A DNA stretch of 17,203 bases from an uncultured Candidatus Bathyarchaeia archaeon (GTDB lineage Archaea; Thermoproteota; Bathyarchaeia; Bathyarchaeales; Bathycorpusculaceae): assembly GCA_964450845.1 (NCBI GenBank), contig CAYVGZ010000028.1, positions 1 to 17,203 of the forward strand, written 5' to 3'. Under the pieces are notes generated by a model that worked only from the letters and a program-made list of their open reading frames with translations, was not told where the DNA came from and searched no databases. Position 1 is the first letter of the stretch, and each line of letters starts with the position of its first letter. The position numbers and the translations under genes were made by a program. This document shows positions 1 to 8,526 of the stretch, piece after piece.

Positions 1-31
1 CACGCACACACAGAACAATAGGATAGAATAT

Positions 32-37
32 AAAAAA
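32..37 (-). terminator. Oligo-T tract after tuf, possible archaeal terminator
   Basis: T6 on the minus strand 13 nt after the tuf stop; could instead be part of a TATA box for the next gene. Confidence 0.3.
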
Positions 38-50
38 TGGAGATAGACGC

Positions 51-1355
51 TTATGGTCCTTTCTTTGTTATTTCCTTCACAACACCAGCAGCCACAGTAG
101 TACCCATGTCCCTAACCGCAAACCGTCCAAGCTCAGGAAAATCGCTGTAGCTCTCAACCGAAATCGGATGCAAAGGCTCCATACGCACTAAAGCAGCATC
201 ACCAGTCTTCAAAAACGCAGGCTTCTCCTCAACAGCCTGCCCAGTACGCGGATCAATCTTCCTAATTAGCTCAGTGAACCTGCACGCAATCTGCCCAGTG
301 TGATAGTGAAGAACAGGCGTGTAACCAGCAGCAATAGCAGTTGGATGATAAATCACAATTATCTGCCCAATGAACTCGTTAGCCACAGTCGGCGGATTAT
401 TAACTGGACCAGCAACATCACCACGACGAATATCAGTCTTTGACACGCCTCTCACGTTAAATCCTATGTTATCGCCAGGCTCAGCCCTAGGAATCCTAGT
501 GTGATGCATCTCTAAAGACTTAACTTCAGCCTGCTTGTTAGCTGGCATAAACATTATCACATCGTTTTCTTTAAGCACACCAGTTTCAACCCTGCCAACG
601 GGAACAGTGCCAACACCAGTAATAGTGTAAACATCTTGAACAGGAACACGCAACGGCTTGTCAAGTGGTTTAGGAGCCAACTCGAAAGTGTCCAAAGCAT
701 CCATCAGTGTTGGTCCCTTATACCATGGCATTTTGTCGCTTTGTTTAACAAGGTTGTCACCCGTCCATCCAGAAGTGGGCACAAACGGAATCTTCTCAGT
801 CTTATAACCGACCATTTTAAGCATTCTTGAAACTTCATTTTTAACTTCATCGTATCGCTCTTGACTCCAATTAACTGAAGCATCATCCATCTTATTGACA
901 GCCACAACCAACTGGCGAACACCTAACGTGAAAGCCAAAAAACCATGCTCTCTTGTCTGGCCACCCGCTCCAATGCCAGCTTCGAATTCTCCACGTTTGG
1001 CCGAGACAAATAGTATGGCGCCATCAGCTTGGCTTGCTCCAGTGATCATGTTTTTAACGAAGTCTCTGTGTCCCGGCGCATCTATAACTGTGAAATAGTA
1101 TTTTTTGGTTTCAAATTTTAAGAATCGAAGGTCAATTGTTAAGCCTCTTTCCCGCTCTTCTTTTAGGTTGTCGAGAACCCATGCGTACTTGAAAGTTTCT
1201 TTGCCCATCTTCTTGGCTTCTTCTTCGTAGGCTTTGACTGTTCGTTCATCAACTGCTCCTGCTAAGTATAACATGTGTCCTGTTGTTGTTGATTTCCCAT
1301 GGTCTACGTGTCCCATGATTACTAGGTTTAAGTGTGGTTTTTGGGTTTTGCTCAT
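51..1355 (-). CDS. tuf: Elongation factor 1-alpha (aEF-1A)
   Basis: [29 protein letters not shown] and C-terminal [10 protein letters not shown] motifs; SD GGAGG 7 nt before the ATG. Confidence 0.99.
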   Translation of the reverse strand: MSKTQKPHLNLVIMGHVDHGKSTTTGHMLYLAGAVDERTVKAYEEEAKKMGKETFKYAWVLDNLKEERERGLTIDLRFLKFETKKYYFTVIDAPGHRDFVKNMITGASQADGAILFVSAKRGEFEAGIGAGGQTREHGFLAFTLGVRQLVVAVNKMDDASVNWSQERYDEVKNEVSRMLKMVGYKTEKIPFVPTSGWTGDNLVKQSDKMPWYKGPTLMDALDTFELAPKPLDKPLRVPVQDVYTITGVGTVPVGRVETGVLKENDVIMFMPANKQAEVKSLEMHHTRIPRAEPGDNIGFNVRGVSKTDIRRGDVAGPVNNPPTVANEFIGQIIVIYHPTAIAAGYTPVLHYHTGQIACRFTELIRKIDPRTGQAVEEKPAFLKTGDAALVRMEPLHPISVESYSDFPELGRFAVRDMGTTVAAGVVKEITKKGP

Positions 1356-1530
1356 TCTTTTTCCTCCTTTATCCTTATTTCAAATTCCCTTTAAATTTTA
1401 GTGAATCGTTTACACAACTGTTCATTCAATTATTTTAACTTTACCATAGCATAATAAGATGAGACGTTTACTACATTGGAAACAAATATTAAAGTTAACT
1501 TTGGAAATTATTGATTGGACGCGTTTGTTT

Positions 1531-2706
1531 ATGCCAACAAACTTGCCTCCCGACGCTAAGAAGAAATGGGCAGAGGTTGAAGCAACCAAATATCCAAGAG
1601 AAAGACTTCAACGTATGGAAGAATTCTTGAGTTTAGTTCCCAAACATAAGGGCACATTAAAACTTTGTGGACAAACTAAAAAGCAAATTGCAACTTTGCG
1701 AAAAGAAATTGAGGAAAAGAAACGAAGAAAAGCTGGGAAAGGTGGACCAAAGTTTTTCATAGAAAAGGAAGGCGCAGCCCAAATAGCTCTTCTCGGTTTA
1801 ACAAACGTTGGAAAAAGTAGCTTACTTGCAACGGTTACAAATTCGCAGGTTGAAGTTTCCGCTAATCCTTACACCACAAGACAGCCCACGCCAGGAATAA
1901 TGAATTACGAGGATATTCAATTTCAAATAGTAGAAGCCCCAGCCTTAATGGAAGGCTCTGCGGATGGAAGAGCTGGAGGACTGCAAACTCTGGCTTTAGC
2001 ACGAAATGCTGATGGGCTAATTTTAATGGTGGATTTATCCCGAGATCCTGTAGAACAGTTATCGCTTATCTTAAGTGAAATGGAGAAAGCCCGAATATTG
2101 GTTAGCATGCCAAAGGCACGTGTTGAAATTGAGAGGAAGTTCATGGGTGCAGGCTTGCGGATAATTTTGATTGGAAGGCTTGTGGACTGCAATTTTAAAG
2201 ATGTTGAAGAGCTTCTAAGAAGTTACCGCATTACGGATGCAGTTGTAAAAATTTCTGGAGAAGCCACATTGGATGAAGTTGAAGACGCAATCTTCGAAAG
2301 CACAGTATATAAGCCTGCGGTGATTGTTGCAAATAAAATCGATTTGGAAGGCTCAGAAGCGAATCTAAAATCCTTAGAGGATTACGTTGGCAACAAACTG
2401 CCTATCCTTACAGTTTCATGTGAAAAAAACCATGGTCTGGAAAAACTTGGAGAAACCATGTTTAAAACTTTAAACATTATACGAGTTTACACAAAAGAAC
2501 CGAACAAAAAAGAGTTTTCTAAAAAACCTTTTATCCTAAAAAACGGTTCAACAGTCTACAACTTAGCCAAAAACATCCACAGCGACTTCAGCAAAAAATT
2601 CTCCTATGCAAAAGTTTGGGCTAAACGCCTTGTTTTCAGCCCCCAAAAAGTTGGATCCTCATTTGTTCTAAATGACAAGGACATCGTTGAAATTCACGTA
2701 AAATAA
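1531..2706 (+). CDS. DRG/RBG-like OBG-family GTPase with C-terminal TGS domain
   Basis: MPTNLPP N-terminus, G1 GLTNVGKS, G2 PYTT, G4 NKID, TGS-like IRVYTK...KVWAK...DKDIVEIH; G3 is atypical (EAPA). Start moved from 1459 to ATG 1531 by family N-terminus and an AT-rich box near 1485-1495. Confidence 0.88.
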   Translation: MPTNLPPDAKKKWAEVEATKYPRERLQRMEEFLSLVPKHKGTLKLCGQTKKQIATLRKEIEEKKRRKAGKGGPKFFIEKEGAAQIALLGLTNVGKSSLLATVTNSQVEVSANPYTTRQPTPGIMNYEDIQFQIVEAPALMEGSADGRAGGLQTLALARNADGLILMVDLSRDPVEQLSLILSEMEKARILVSMPKARVEIERKFMGAGLRIILIGRLVDCNFKDVEELLRSYRITDAVVKISGEATLDEVEDAIFESTVYKPAVIVANKIDLEGSEANLKSLEDYVGNKLPILTVSCEKNHGLEKLGETMFKTLNIIRVYTKEPNKKEFSKKPFILKNGSTVYNLAKNIHSDFSKKFSYAKVWAKRLVFSPQKVGSSFVLNDKDIVEIHVK

Positions 2707-2723
2707 TTTTATCAAAATTGTCG

Positions 2724-3320
2724 CTATCTTGAGGATTGGGCTATTCTTTCTAACTCATGGCGTTTCGAAACCGCATAGCTTTTCATGTCGTGGTTTGCCG
2801 CCAACACCAATTCTTCTGCTAGGCATTCTTCGATTGAACGTGGATTGTTTATTGATGCTTGCCTTGCCGCCTCGCAGATGTTTCTTAAAGCCAAGTCAAG
2901 CCTTCTCTGTGGAGCGACATCAATTGACAAGTGGTATACTATGCCCCCGTAGCTAATCCTTGTCGTATCTTCACATGGTGCAGAGTTTTCCACAGCCCTA
3001 ACGAGAACCTCTAGGGGGTTTTTGCCAGTGCGCAGATGGATTATTTCGAAGGCATGGTTCACAATGTTCATGGCTTTAGCTTTTTTTCCAGCATTTCCTC
3101 CAAGTCGCATAAGATTGTTTACAAGTCTTTCTACAATGTTGACGTTTGCTTTGCGAAAACGCTTATGTTCATGCCTTCCCATACTGTGCGGAATTACCAT
3201 GGGTTTTAGGGAGATATACCTCTGTAAACCCAAGTCCTTTACTTGAACTTCTTTAAAACTCCATTTCTCAAAAAGTTTAATTTCTTGCTTTTCTTCTTGT
3301 GCCTGAGTCAAAATGCTCAC
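2724..3320 (-). CDS. rps7: 30S ribosomal protein uS7
   Basis: [47 protein letters not shown]; GTG start overlaps the rps12 stop (GTGA). Confidence 0.98.
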   Translation of the reverse strand: MSILTQAQEEKQEIKLFEKWSFKEVQVKDLGLQRYISLKPMVIPHSMGRHEHKRFRKANVNIVERLVNNLMRLGGNAGKKAKAMNIVNHAFEIIHLRTGKNPLEVLVRAVENSAPCEDTTRISYGGIVYHLSIDVAPQRRLDLALRNICEAARQASINNPRSIEECLAEELVLAANHDMKSYAVSKRHELERIAQSSR

Positions 3321-3757
3321 CGTGCAGGTTTCTGCTTTCTTCCATAAACAAGTTCATTTAATGATACGCCGTTAATCATTATGACTTTCCAGCGTACTCC
3401 TGGAATGTCGCCCATGCTTCTCCCACGGGAACCGCCTATACCATCAACTATTACTTCATCATGCTCATCAACAACGTTTAGAGCTCCGTCTCCGGGTAGA
3501 AAAGCGGTTATGACTCTACCGTTTTTTATAAGTTGAGTCCTCACACATTTCCTTATAGCGCTGTTGGGTTGCTTACTTTCCACGCCTACTTTTTCGAGGA
3601 CTATGCCTCGGCCCATGGGTGCTTTCTCAAGAGGATCAGACTTCACGTCGAGCCTTAGTGTTCGCCGTTTATAGTACATGTTGCTCCAGCGTAGTTTTTT
3701 TCGTCTTTTCAGTAGTTTTCTTGCAGCGAATTCGCCTTTTGGGGATTTTGAACCCAT
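3317..3757 (-). CDS. rps12: 30S ribosomal protein uS12
   Basis: [32 protein letters not shown]. Confidence 0.99.
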   Translation of the reverse strand: MGSKSPKGEFAARKLLKRRKKLRWSNMYYKRRTLRLDVKSDPLEKAPMGRGIVLEKVGVESKQPNSAIRKCVRTQLIKNGRVITAFLPGDGALNVVDEHDEVIVDGIGGSRGRSMGDIPGVRWKVIMINGVSLNELVYGRKQKPAR

Positions 3758-3797
3758 GTTTTTCTTTTTCCTCTCGCTACGTCTAATCCAACACTAA

Positions 3798-3805
3798 TAT
3801 TTAAA
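3798..3805 (-). promoter_or_regulatory. TATA box for rps12-rps7
   Basis: TTTAAATA on the minus strand about 40 nt upstream of the ATG, followed by an SD-like GAGAGG. Confidence 0.5.
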
Positions 3806-3847
3806 GTGTAACGTGCAAATTCTCCTCGCATTTAAGGATAAATATGT

Positions 3848-4240
3848 CTATGATTTCGCTATTTGCAACGTTAACTTTTCTCCATTGCGGTTATACACTG
3901 CAACGGTTCTCTCGTCCGCAAACGGAAAGCCAACAATCATGAGTACAACCCCAAAAACATGATTCAAATCAGCATTGGAGGGAGTCAAATTTCCAGAAGG
4001 ATGCGAATGCACGGTTCCAACAATGGAAAAATCCATGGGCAACATATGAATTGGAATATTGGCGAAACCTGAACCATAAGTAGCCAAAGGCGGAACAACA
4101 ACCTCAGAAATCTCGATGCTGTTCTTCTTTTTTTTACCCCTAAGAAGCAGGATTATCTCCTTTGGATAAAGCCTTCGGGCACCTTCAAGAACCGCCTGTA
4201 ACAGTTCCTCGCGAACCAAAACGAATGTACTCGAACTCAT
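3848..4240 (-). CDS. JAB/MPN+ (JAMM) metalloprotease, desampylase-like
   Basis: Upstream Glu (YPKE) plus HSHPSGNLTPSNAD matching H-x-H-x7-S-x2-D; TAATTAA about 26 nt upstream suggests a leaderless start. Confidence 0.9.
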   Translation of the reverse strand: MSSSTFVLVREELLQAVLEGARRLYPKEIILLLRGKKKKNSIEISEVVVPPLATYGSGFANIPIHMLPMDFSIVGTVHSHPSGNLTPSNADLNHVFGVVLMIVGFPFADERTVAVYNRNGEKLTLQIAKS

Positions 4241-4306
4241 ACAACATCAGAATCATCCAATCTTAATTATCTTTACTAACCAGAAAGTGAAAAATTGTAG
4301 AAACCC

Positions 4307-4355
4307 AAAGTTGAAGCTATATATAGGGGGCTATAAATTTCGCAGAGAGCAAAAG
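4307..4355 (-). repeat. Dispersed bipartite motif, copy A
   Basis: Reverse complement CTTTTGCTCTCTGCGAAATTTATAGCCCCCTATATATAGCTTCAACTTT; 41/46 aligned columns identical to copy C. Confidence 0.9.
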
Positions 4356-4440
4356 TAAACCCCTCCAAAAACTCGTAGTCAAGCAAAAAACAAAAATCAA
4401 TCCCTAAACAAACTAAGACAAAACAAAAAAGGCAGATACT

Positions 4441-5229
4441 ATGAACGATTGGCGGTTGCTAAAACTCGAAACTCGCGATGCCTACAGAAACATGGCTATA
4501 GACGAAGCCATACTAACCGCCAGAATAGGAGACCTTACCTCAAACACGATAAGGTTCTACCGCTGGAATCCATCCGCCGTTTCTATTGGAAAATTTCAAA
4601 ACATTGAAAATGAGGTTCATTTAGGCAACTGCAGAAAGCATGGTGTAGATGTTGTTAGGCGCATAACTGGTGGTGGCGCAGTTTACCATGATGCTGAAGG
4701 CGAAATCACCTACAGCGTAGTCGCCAGCAAAAAAGATTTGAAAGCCGAAAACATAAACGCTGTTTACGCTAAATTTTATGGTGGAATAGCAGAAGCGCTC
4801 AAGATTTTAGGATTAAAGGCAGATTTTAACGAAGGCAACGCAAAAACATGCCCAAACCTAACTGTAAACGGCAAAAAAATCTCAGGAAGCGCTCAATCTC
4901 ACAAAAAAGGCATAGTCTTGCAACACGGAACACTACTCATAGAAGTAAACCTGCAGAAGATGTTCACAATACTACGAGTACCATGGGCAACTTCTTGCAT
5001 GCAAGTCGTCAACATCGCAAAAAATAAAATCACCTCAATACAAAAAGAAACCGCAAGAAACATCCCAATAAGCGAAGCAGAACAAGCATTAATCCAAGGC
5101 TTCCAAAGAACATTAAACATTAAGCTATTAGAAGGCAAACTGACAACCTATGAACGTGAACTTGCGGAAAAGCTTTACAAACAAAGATACACAACAGACG
5201 ATTGGAATTTCCACGGGAAAAACCAATAG
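4441..5229 (+). CDS. Lipoate-protein ligase A family catalytic domain (no C-terminal domain)
   Basis: NMAIDEA, RRITGGGAVYHD, NGKKISGSAQ (catalytic Lys), LQHGTLL. Confidence 0.92.
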   Translation: MNDWRLLKLETRDAYRNMAIDEAILTARIGDLTSNTIRFYRWNPSAVSIGKFQNIENEVHLGNCRKHGVDVVRRITGGGAVYHDAEGEITYSVVASKKDLKAENINAVYAKFYGGIAEALKILGLKADFNEGNAKTCPNLTVNGKKISGSAQSHKKGIVLQHGTLLIEVNLQKMFTILRVPWATSCMQVVNIAKNKITSIQKETARNIPISEAEQALIQGFQRTLNIKLLEGKLTTYERELAEKLYKQRYTTDDWNFHGKNQ

Positions 5230-5238
5230 GTGAACATC

Positions 5239-5616
5239 ATGGTAAGAGTTGCACTCTTGGATTTAGAAGAACCAAAAAATCGAAACCGCTGGATAATCGG
5301 AACACCAGAAGACATCCCGAAAACCTCACCATTCTACTCCGAACAAATCCAAATCGCACACGTCAAAAACCCGCGAAAAGGTTTATTGGAAAAGGAAGAA
5401 GAGCACTCGCACACACCGCCGATAGAAGAATATTACCTAGTCTTAGAAGGCACATTAACAGTCAAAGTAGAAAACAAAGAAATCACCATAAAACCAAACC
5501 AAATACTAACCATACCACCAGAAAAACGCCACAAAATCACAAACTACACGCTACCGCTTAGATGTTTCACCATACGCGCCCCAATCTCAACACAAAAAAC
5601 AAAAATAACAGAATAA
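5239..5616 (+). CDS. Cupin-domain protein
   Basis: HSH-x4-EEYYLVLEG and IPPEKRHKITN motifs with intact His/His/Glu/His ligands; SD AGGTGA overlapping the upstream stop favours ATG 5239. Confidence 0.85.
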   Translation: MVRVALLDLEEPKNRNRWIIGTPEDIPKTSPFYSEQIQIAHVKNPRKGLLEKEEEHSHTPPIEEYYLVLEGTLTVKVENKEITIKPNQILTIPPEKRHKITNYTLPLRCFTIRAPISTQKTKITE

Positions 5617-5625
5617 AAGGGCACT

Positions 5626-7053
5626 TTATACCTTTCGCCATCTGACACCTTCAGGTGTATCTTCAACGATTATGCCCATCTGCTTAAGCTCTTCCCTAAT
5701 TTTGTCCGCTGCCTTCCAATCTTTGGCTTTTCTTGCTTCTTCTCTTTTTTGAATAAGTTCTTCAGCCTCTTTAGACAGTTTCTCTTCCTTCTCAACCTCG
5801 CCAATCACGCCAAGAACCTTGTCAAACCTCATCATCAACTCATAAACTTCTTGAGCCTCTTCCTTACTAAGCATATTGTCGTCCACAAGTTTGTTCACAT
5901 CTCTTACAAAGTCAAACAGCGCAGCCAACGCCACACTTATGTTAAGGTCATCATCCATAGCTCCTTCAAAATCCTTTCGCACGCGATTAATTAGATTCCT
6001 TATCTCTTCTCCGCAACCTTTTCCATTAGCTTTCACCAGTTTGTACACAAAGTTAGTTAGTCGATCCACTGCACTCTTCGCAGCTTCTAACCCTTTGAAA
6101 GTGAAGTTTAATTGTTGCCGATAATGAGTTGCCATAAGTAAGTACCGAATAGCCTTCGGATCATAACCTTTTGCTGTTAAATCCTTCAATGTAAAACAGT
6201 TGCCAAGACTCTTATGCATGGCTCTTCCTTCAACAAGTAGATGCTCATTATGAAGCCAGTAATCTGCGAATTTCTTACCCGTCGCTGCCTCGCTTTGTGC
6301 AATTTCATTTTCATGATGAGGAAACATATTGTCCACTCCGCCACTATGGATGTCTATGGTTTCACCTAAATACTTCATAGCCATCGCTGAACACTCAATA
6401 TGCCAACCAGGATAGCCCTTTTCACACCACGGCGATTTCCAATTCATAATGTGTCTAGGATCATTTATCCACAGCGCAAAATCAAACTGATTCTTCTTAT
6501 CCGAATTATACTCTACCTTTCCACCTGCCCCAAGTTTTAACTTCTCAATCGTGTTACCAGAGAATTTCCCATAGTCTTCAAATTTTGCAACATCAAAATA
6601 GACAGACCCATTCACAACATAAGCATAGCCTTTCTCTACCAATTTTTTCACTAGCTCAATCATTTCATTAATATGATCTGTAGCCCTAGGCCTAACCATT
6701 GGTTCTTCAAAATTCATTACCTTAGCATCTTCCAAAAACGCCTTAATATAAAAATCAGCCACAGCCCAAGGATCCTTCTTTTCCCTCATCACCGCAGCTT
6801 CCATTTTATCCTCTCCTATATCGACATCCTCAAACATGTGCCCAACATCAGTAAAATTCATAACCTGCTTAACCGTGAAGCCCTTGTATTCCAGATATCT
6901 CCTTAAAACATCTGCAAACGTAAATGCACGCAAATTTCCTATAGTTGCATAATCATAAACAGTTAAGCCACAGTTATACATCGTTACAATACCCTTCTTC
7001 AACGGTTTGAATATCTCTTTCTTCTTGGAAAACGTATTATACAACTTGAGCAT
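5626..7053 (-). CDS. cysS: Cysteine--tRNA ligase
   Basis: [38 protein letters not shown]-terminal ADKIREEL; HIGH and KMSKS appear as TIGN and AMHKS. Confidence 0.95.
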   Translation of the reverse strand: MLKLYNTFSKKKEIFKPLKKGIVTMYNCGLTVYDYATIGNLRAFTFADVLRRYLEYKGFTVKQVMNFTDVGHMFEDVDIGEDKMEAAVMREKKDPWAVADFYIKAFLEDAKVMNFEEPMVRPRATDHINEMIELVKKLVEKGYAYVVNGSVYFDVAKFEDYGKFSGNTIEKLKLGAGGKVEYNSDKKNQFDFALWINDPRHIMNWKSPWCEKGYPGWHIECSAMAMKYLGETIDIHSGGVDNMFPHHENEIAQSEAATGKKFADYWLHNEHLLVEGRAMHKSLGNCFTLKDLTAKGYDPKAIRYLLMATHYRQQLNFTFKGLEAAKSAVDRLTNFVYKLVKANGKGCGEEIRNLINRVRKDFEGAMDDDLNISVALAALFDFVRDVNKLVDDNMLSKEEAQEVYELMMRFDKVLGVIGEVEKEEKLSKEAEELIQKREEARKAKDWKAADKIREELKQMGIIVEDTPEGVRWRKV

Positions 7054-7247
7054 CTAACCACCCCACTTCGATGTCCCTTCCATTACCATTGAACCGTGTT
7101 AACCACGTAAAGTATCTATTTATCTAAGTTATACTTTTCTTCTAAATCAAGTGCCAAAAACCAAAATTTTGCCTAAAATTCCCACATTGAACAACATAAA
7201 ACAAAACAATAAGACCAACAAAAGAGTCTTGCGCTGAAACAAATAAA

Positions 7248-7403
7248 CTAATCATATTTTTTTAATTTTATCATTTCTCTAAAATTTTTCAGATCTTGAG
7301 CTACTTGCTTTAGAAAATGAAGTTCCTCCATTGTCCTTTCGAATTTTGCAAATTCCTCTCGAATCTTCTTCACGAAACGCTCATTTTCATCCATTCCTCG
7401 CAT
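7248..7403 (-). CDS. Small helical hypothetical protein (51 aa); may extend to GTG 7453 across a 1-nt frameshift
   Basis: Manual translation MRGMDENERFVKKIREEFAKFERTMEELHFLKQVAQDLKNFREMIKLKKYD; below the ORF-track cutoff; amphipathic pattern. Confidence 0.45.
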   Translation of the reverse strand: MRGMDENERFVKKIREEFAKFERTMEELHFLKQVAQDLKNFREMIKLKKYD

Positions 7404-7453
7404 CCTCACGTATGACTCAAATGGAGGGCTTTCATCGTTTTTTGGCTAACCAC

Positions 7454-7550
7454 GCAACCACTTCCGTCATCGAGGAGAAAGGAGAAGGCTTCGAAAACGG
7501 AAAAACCGATTCTTGGTTGCTTGAAGCTTAGCCTTCAACCTTAGCCCTCC
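7454..7550 (-). ncRNA. Candidate structured leader RNA (strand inferred)
   Basis: Nested stems GCAACCA/TGGTTGC, TTCCGT/ACGGAA and TCGA/TCGA, plus adjacent TTGAAG/CTTCAA; TTTTTATA box near 7585-7592. Confidence 0.45.
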
Positions 7551-7633
7551 ACACTGCATCGTAAGACTTAAGACATCATCCGCCTATAAAAACGTTGCTG
7601 AATAAGGCGAATGCACAGACATTAAGGTGAAGT

Positions 7634-8188
7634 TTAGCCTATTGCTAAGATGCCTTCTAAAATGTTTTTTTCGGGAATGCCGAGTTGTTTTGAGAGCCAT
7701 GTTTTTAAGAGTGGGGTTTGTTTTGGGAGTTCGCCGCTGTAGGTTATGATTTGGTTGTCTTTTAGTGCGTCTACTTGGAAGGTTTTTTCGGTTTCTCTGT
7801 ATAGGAAGGATAGTGTTTGGGCTTGGTTGGCTAGTGTTTGAAAGTCTTCCCATTGTTTGCAGCGTAAAATGACGGGGGGTCCTTTCACTTCTTTAGCTTG
7901 TGATGTTTCAGGTCTTTGTTCTTGTGTTAATTGTGTTAGCACTGGGGGAGCTTCGTGTGAAGCTGACAAATATGTGATTAGGTTTGCTATTTCATTCTGT
8001 AATGTTGTTAGTCTCTCTTCAACTTTCTCTATTTTTCCGCTTAATACACCAGTATCGCCTAGTCTTTCGGTTATGCCACCTAACTCACTTATTAATTTGT
8101 CCAAGTCCTTTTCATGCTCTTTTAAAACATTCACTATAAAGTCTAGAGCTTCTAAGGCATCGTTTTTCGATGGAGGTTTCTTGGACAT
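7634..8188 (-). CDS. Hypothetical protein: N-terminal coiled coil, Pro/Gln linker, alpha/beta C-terminal domain
   Basis: 184-aa ORF, SD GAGG upstream, heptad-like N-terminal half, TTTATAAA box near 8228-8235. Confidence 0.8.
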   Translation of the reverse strand: MSKKPPSKNDALEALDFIVNVLKEHEKDLDKLISELGGITERLGDTGVLSGKIEKVEERLTTLQNEIANLITYLSASHEAPPVLTQLTQEQRPETSQAKEVKGPPVILRCKQWEDFQTLANQAQTLSFLYRETEKTFQVDALKDNQIITYSGELPKQTPLLKTWLSKQLGIPEKNILEGILAIG

Positions 8189-8526
8189 TGCTTTTTTCCT
8201 CTTTCTTCAACCTATTAATGTCCGTTCTTTATAAATAAACGTAGCGAATCCTCAAAACATATCCAGACGAAGACGTATCCATATTAATTGAGAATCATGT
8301 GTGGTATTTTTGAATTAAGCACATGTTTCATCTTTCGCTTTTCGGCGCTCCACGGAAAATCAAACTCTCCTTATAGGCTGTAGATTTGTCGCAGTGCGTA
8401 ATTTTTGTTTTGTCAGACAATAGATGTTTGGTGCAGTTTTGTTGTCGGAGAGGTTAAGATTTGATGAGAGGGTTAAAATATCGGTTTTAAAATGAGTTAG
8501 ATACCCATTAAAAAGTGGGCTTTGCC

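Noticed and set aside
4307-4355. Motif as an ORB replication-origin box because of its G-string
   Set aside because: Lacks the TTCCA..GGAA ORB core and no cdc6/orc1 gene is nearby.
8410-8519. Palindromes TTGTC-A-GACAA and CCCATT-AAAA-AGTGGG before glnA as nitrogen operators
   Set aside because: Short, single occurrences; they do not match the NrpR (GGAA-N6-TTCC) or GlnR/TnrA (TGTNA-N7-TNACA) consensus.
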